Shown here in pieces: positions 31,282-32,000 of a DNA stretch of 32,000 nt. How positions within the stretch are numbered: position 1 is the first letter of the stretch; each line of letters opens with the position of its first letter. The notes under the pieces are model-generated. The model did no database searches, was not told where the DNA came from, and worked only from the letters and a program-made list of their open reading frames with translations. The position numbers and the translations under genes were made by a program. Source of the DNA: Candidatus Nanoarchaeia archaeon (GTDB taxonomy: Archaea > Nanobdellota > Nanobdellia > Woesearchaeales > JANQNC01); contig JANQNC010000001.1 of the NCBI GenBank assembly GCA_028279745.1, forward strand, positions 1,200,001-1,232,000. Direction: 5' to 3'.

Positions 31282-32000
31282 ATGTATGCTGATCAGATAA
31301 ACATATCATCAAAGTATCTAAATCATATAATGATGGGGCTATCCTTAACATCAGAGAAGTCTGCTACTTTAGTAGGTAATAAGATCCCAGACTTTATTGC
31401 GGGTATGGGTAAAAGAGGAGAGTTCAGGCAAAAACATGGGTTTGTTCCTACACTGATCATGTTTTCTCCAACAAATTGGTGTAATCTAAACTGTATTAAG
31501 TGTTATCCTGAAAGTTCAAAAGAAGAAAGCAAGATACTTCAATATTCAACAATAGACCAAGCGATACAAGAAGGAAAAGAAAAATGGGCAATGCCTTACT
31601 TCTCAATAAGTGGAGGCGAGCCAATAGATCATGCAATCGATATTGCAGAAAGACATCCTCAGGAACTCTTTCAAGTTTACACAAATGGGACATTAATAAC
31701 TAACGAAAAAGCAGAAAAAATTGCACAACTTGGAAACTTATTTCCGTTAATAAGCACTGAAGGAACAAAAGAAGAAACAGATAGAATAAGAGGAAGAGGA
31801 GTTTATGATAAAATAACAAGTGCAATGGATACCTTAACTGAACACAGTGTTGTTTGGGGAGTATCATTTACACTAACTTCAAGAAATGCAGATGTTTACG
31901 AAACAAACTTCTTATACGATATTATAGATAGGGGTGCAATGTTAGGAAGATTCCTAACATATATGCCAACGGGAAGAAACTCTGACTTTAGTAAAGTGCC
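31282..32000 (+). CDS. Radical SAM enzyme (5' partial, continues beyond window)
   Basis: Translated manually in the frame of nt 31282, with no stop codon before the window end, so it is absent from the ORF track. MYADQINISS...LIMFSPTNWCNLNCIKCY carries C67-x3-C71-x2-C74 (nt 31480-31503). Then FSISGGEP (SAM-binding GGE motif) and YTNGTLI. TATA-like AAATATTTTTAAAT lies ~27 nt upstream. Confidence 0.8.
   Translation, partial: MYADQINISSKYLNHIMMGLSLTSEKSATLVGNKIPDFIAGMGKRGEFRQKHGFVPTLIMFSPTNWCNLNCIKCYPESSKEESKILQYSTIDQAIQEGKEKWAMPYFSISGGEPIDHAIDIAERHPQELFQVYTNGTLITNEKAEKIAQLGNLFPLISTEGTKEETDRIRGRGVYDKITSAMDTLTEHSVVWGVSFTLTSRNADVYETNFLYDIIDRGAMLGRFLTYMPTGRNSDFSKV

Overview
AT-rich (about one-third G+C by eye), gene-dense segment that reads as archaeal, plausibly from a small-genome uncultured lineage such as DPANN (inference). 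Support: two tRNA genes interrupted by five bulge-helix-bulge (BHB) introns in total; a class III (type IV pilin-like) signal peptide; TrmB and Lrp/AsnC regulators; and TATA-like boxes about 25-30 nt upstream of most start codons, implying leaderless mRNAs.

Content in order:
- Cell-surface module: beta-helix protein, pilin-like protein and a 1061-aa acidic adhesin with 9 Ig/cadherin-like domains.
- tRNA-Ile(GAU) with 2 introns and tRNA-Asn(GUU) with 3 introns, bracketing three small genes.
- Nucleotide and DNA-hygiene genes: PpnP-like, UDG-like, MazG-like, ExoIII.
- Small defence-type island: type II restriction enzyme + methyltransferase, DUF2779 Cas4-like nuclease, and a protein with a HEPN-like motif.
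- Two TrmB paralogs bracketing a 35-aa-repeat protein.
- Tightly coupled block of orphan genes whose promoter is near-identical to the ilvD promoter.
- Overlapping CDP-alcohol phosphatidyltransferase + Gep4/YqeG-type HAD phosphatase pair.
- ilvD, a serine hydrolase and a long-form ilvC.

The most unusual locus is at the 3' end: a cyclodipeptide-synthase-like protein with Cys at the catalytic Ser position, next to a cupin, a tandem Lrp/AsnC-fold protein and a radical SAM enzyme that runs off the window.

No CRISPR array, rRNA, integrase or transposase was seen. All functional calls come from motif recognition by eye; no database search was possible.
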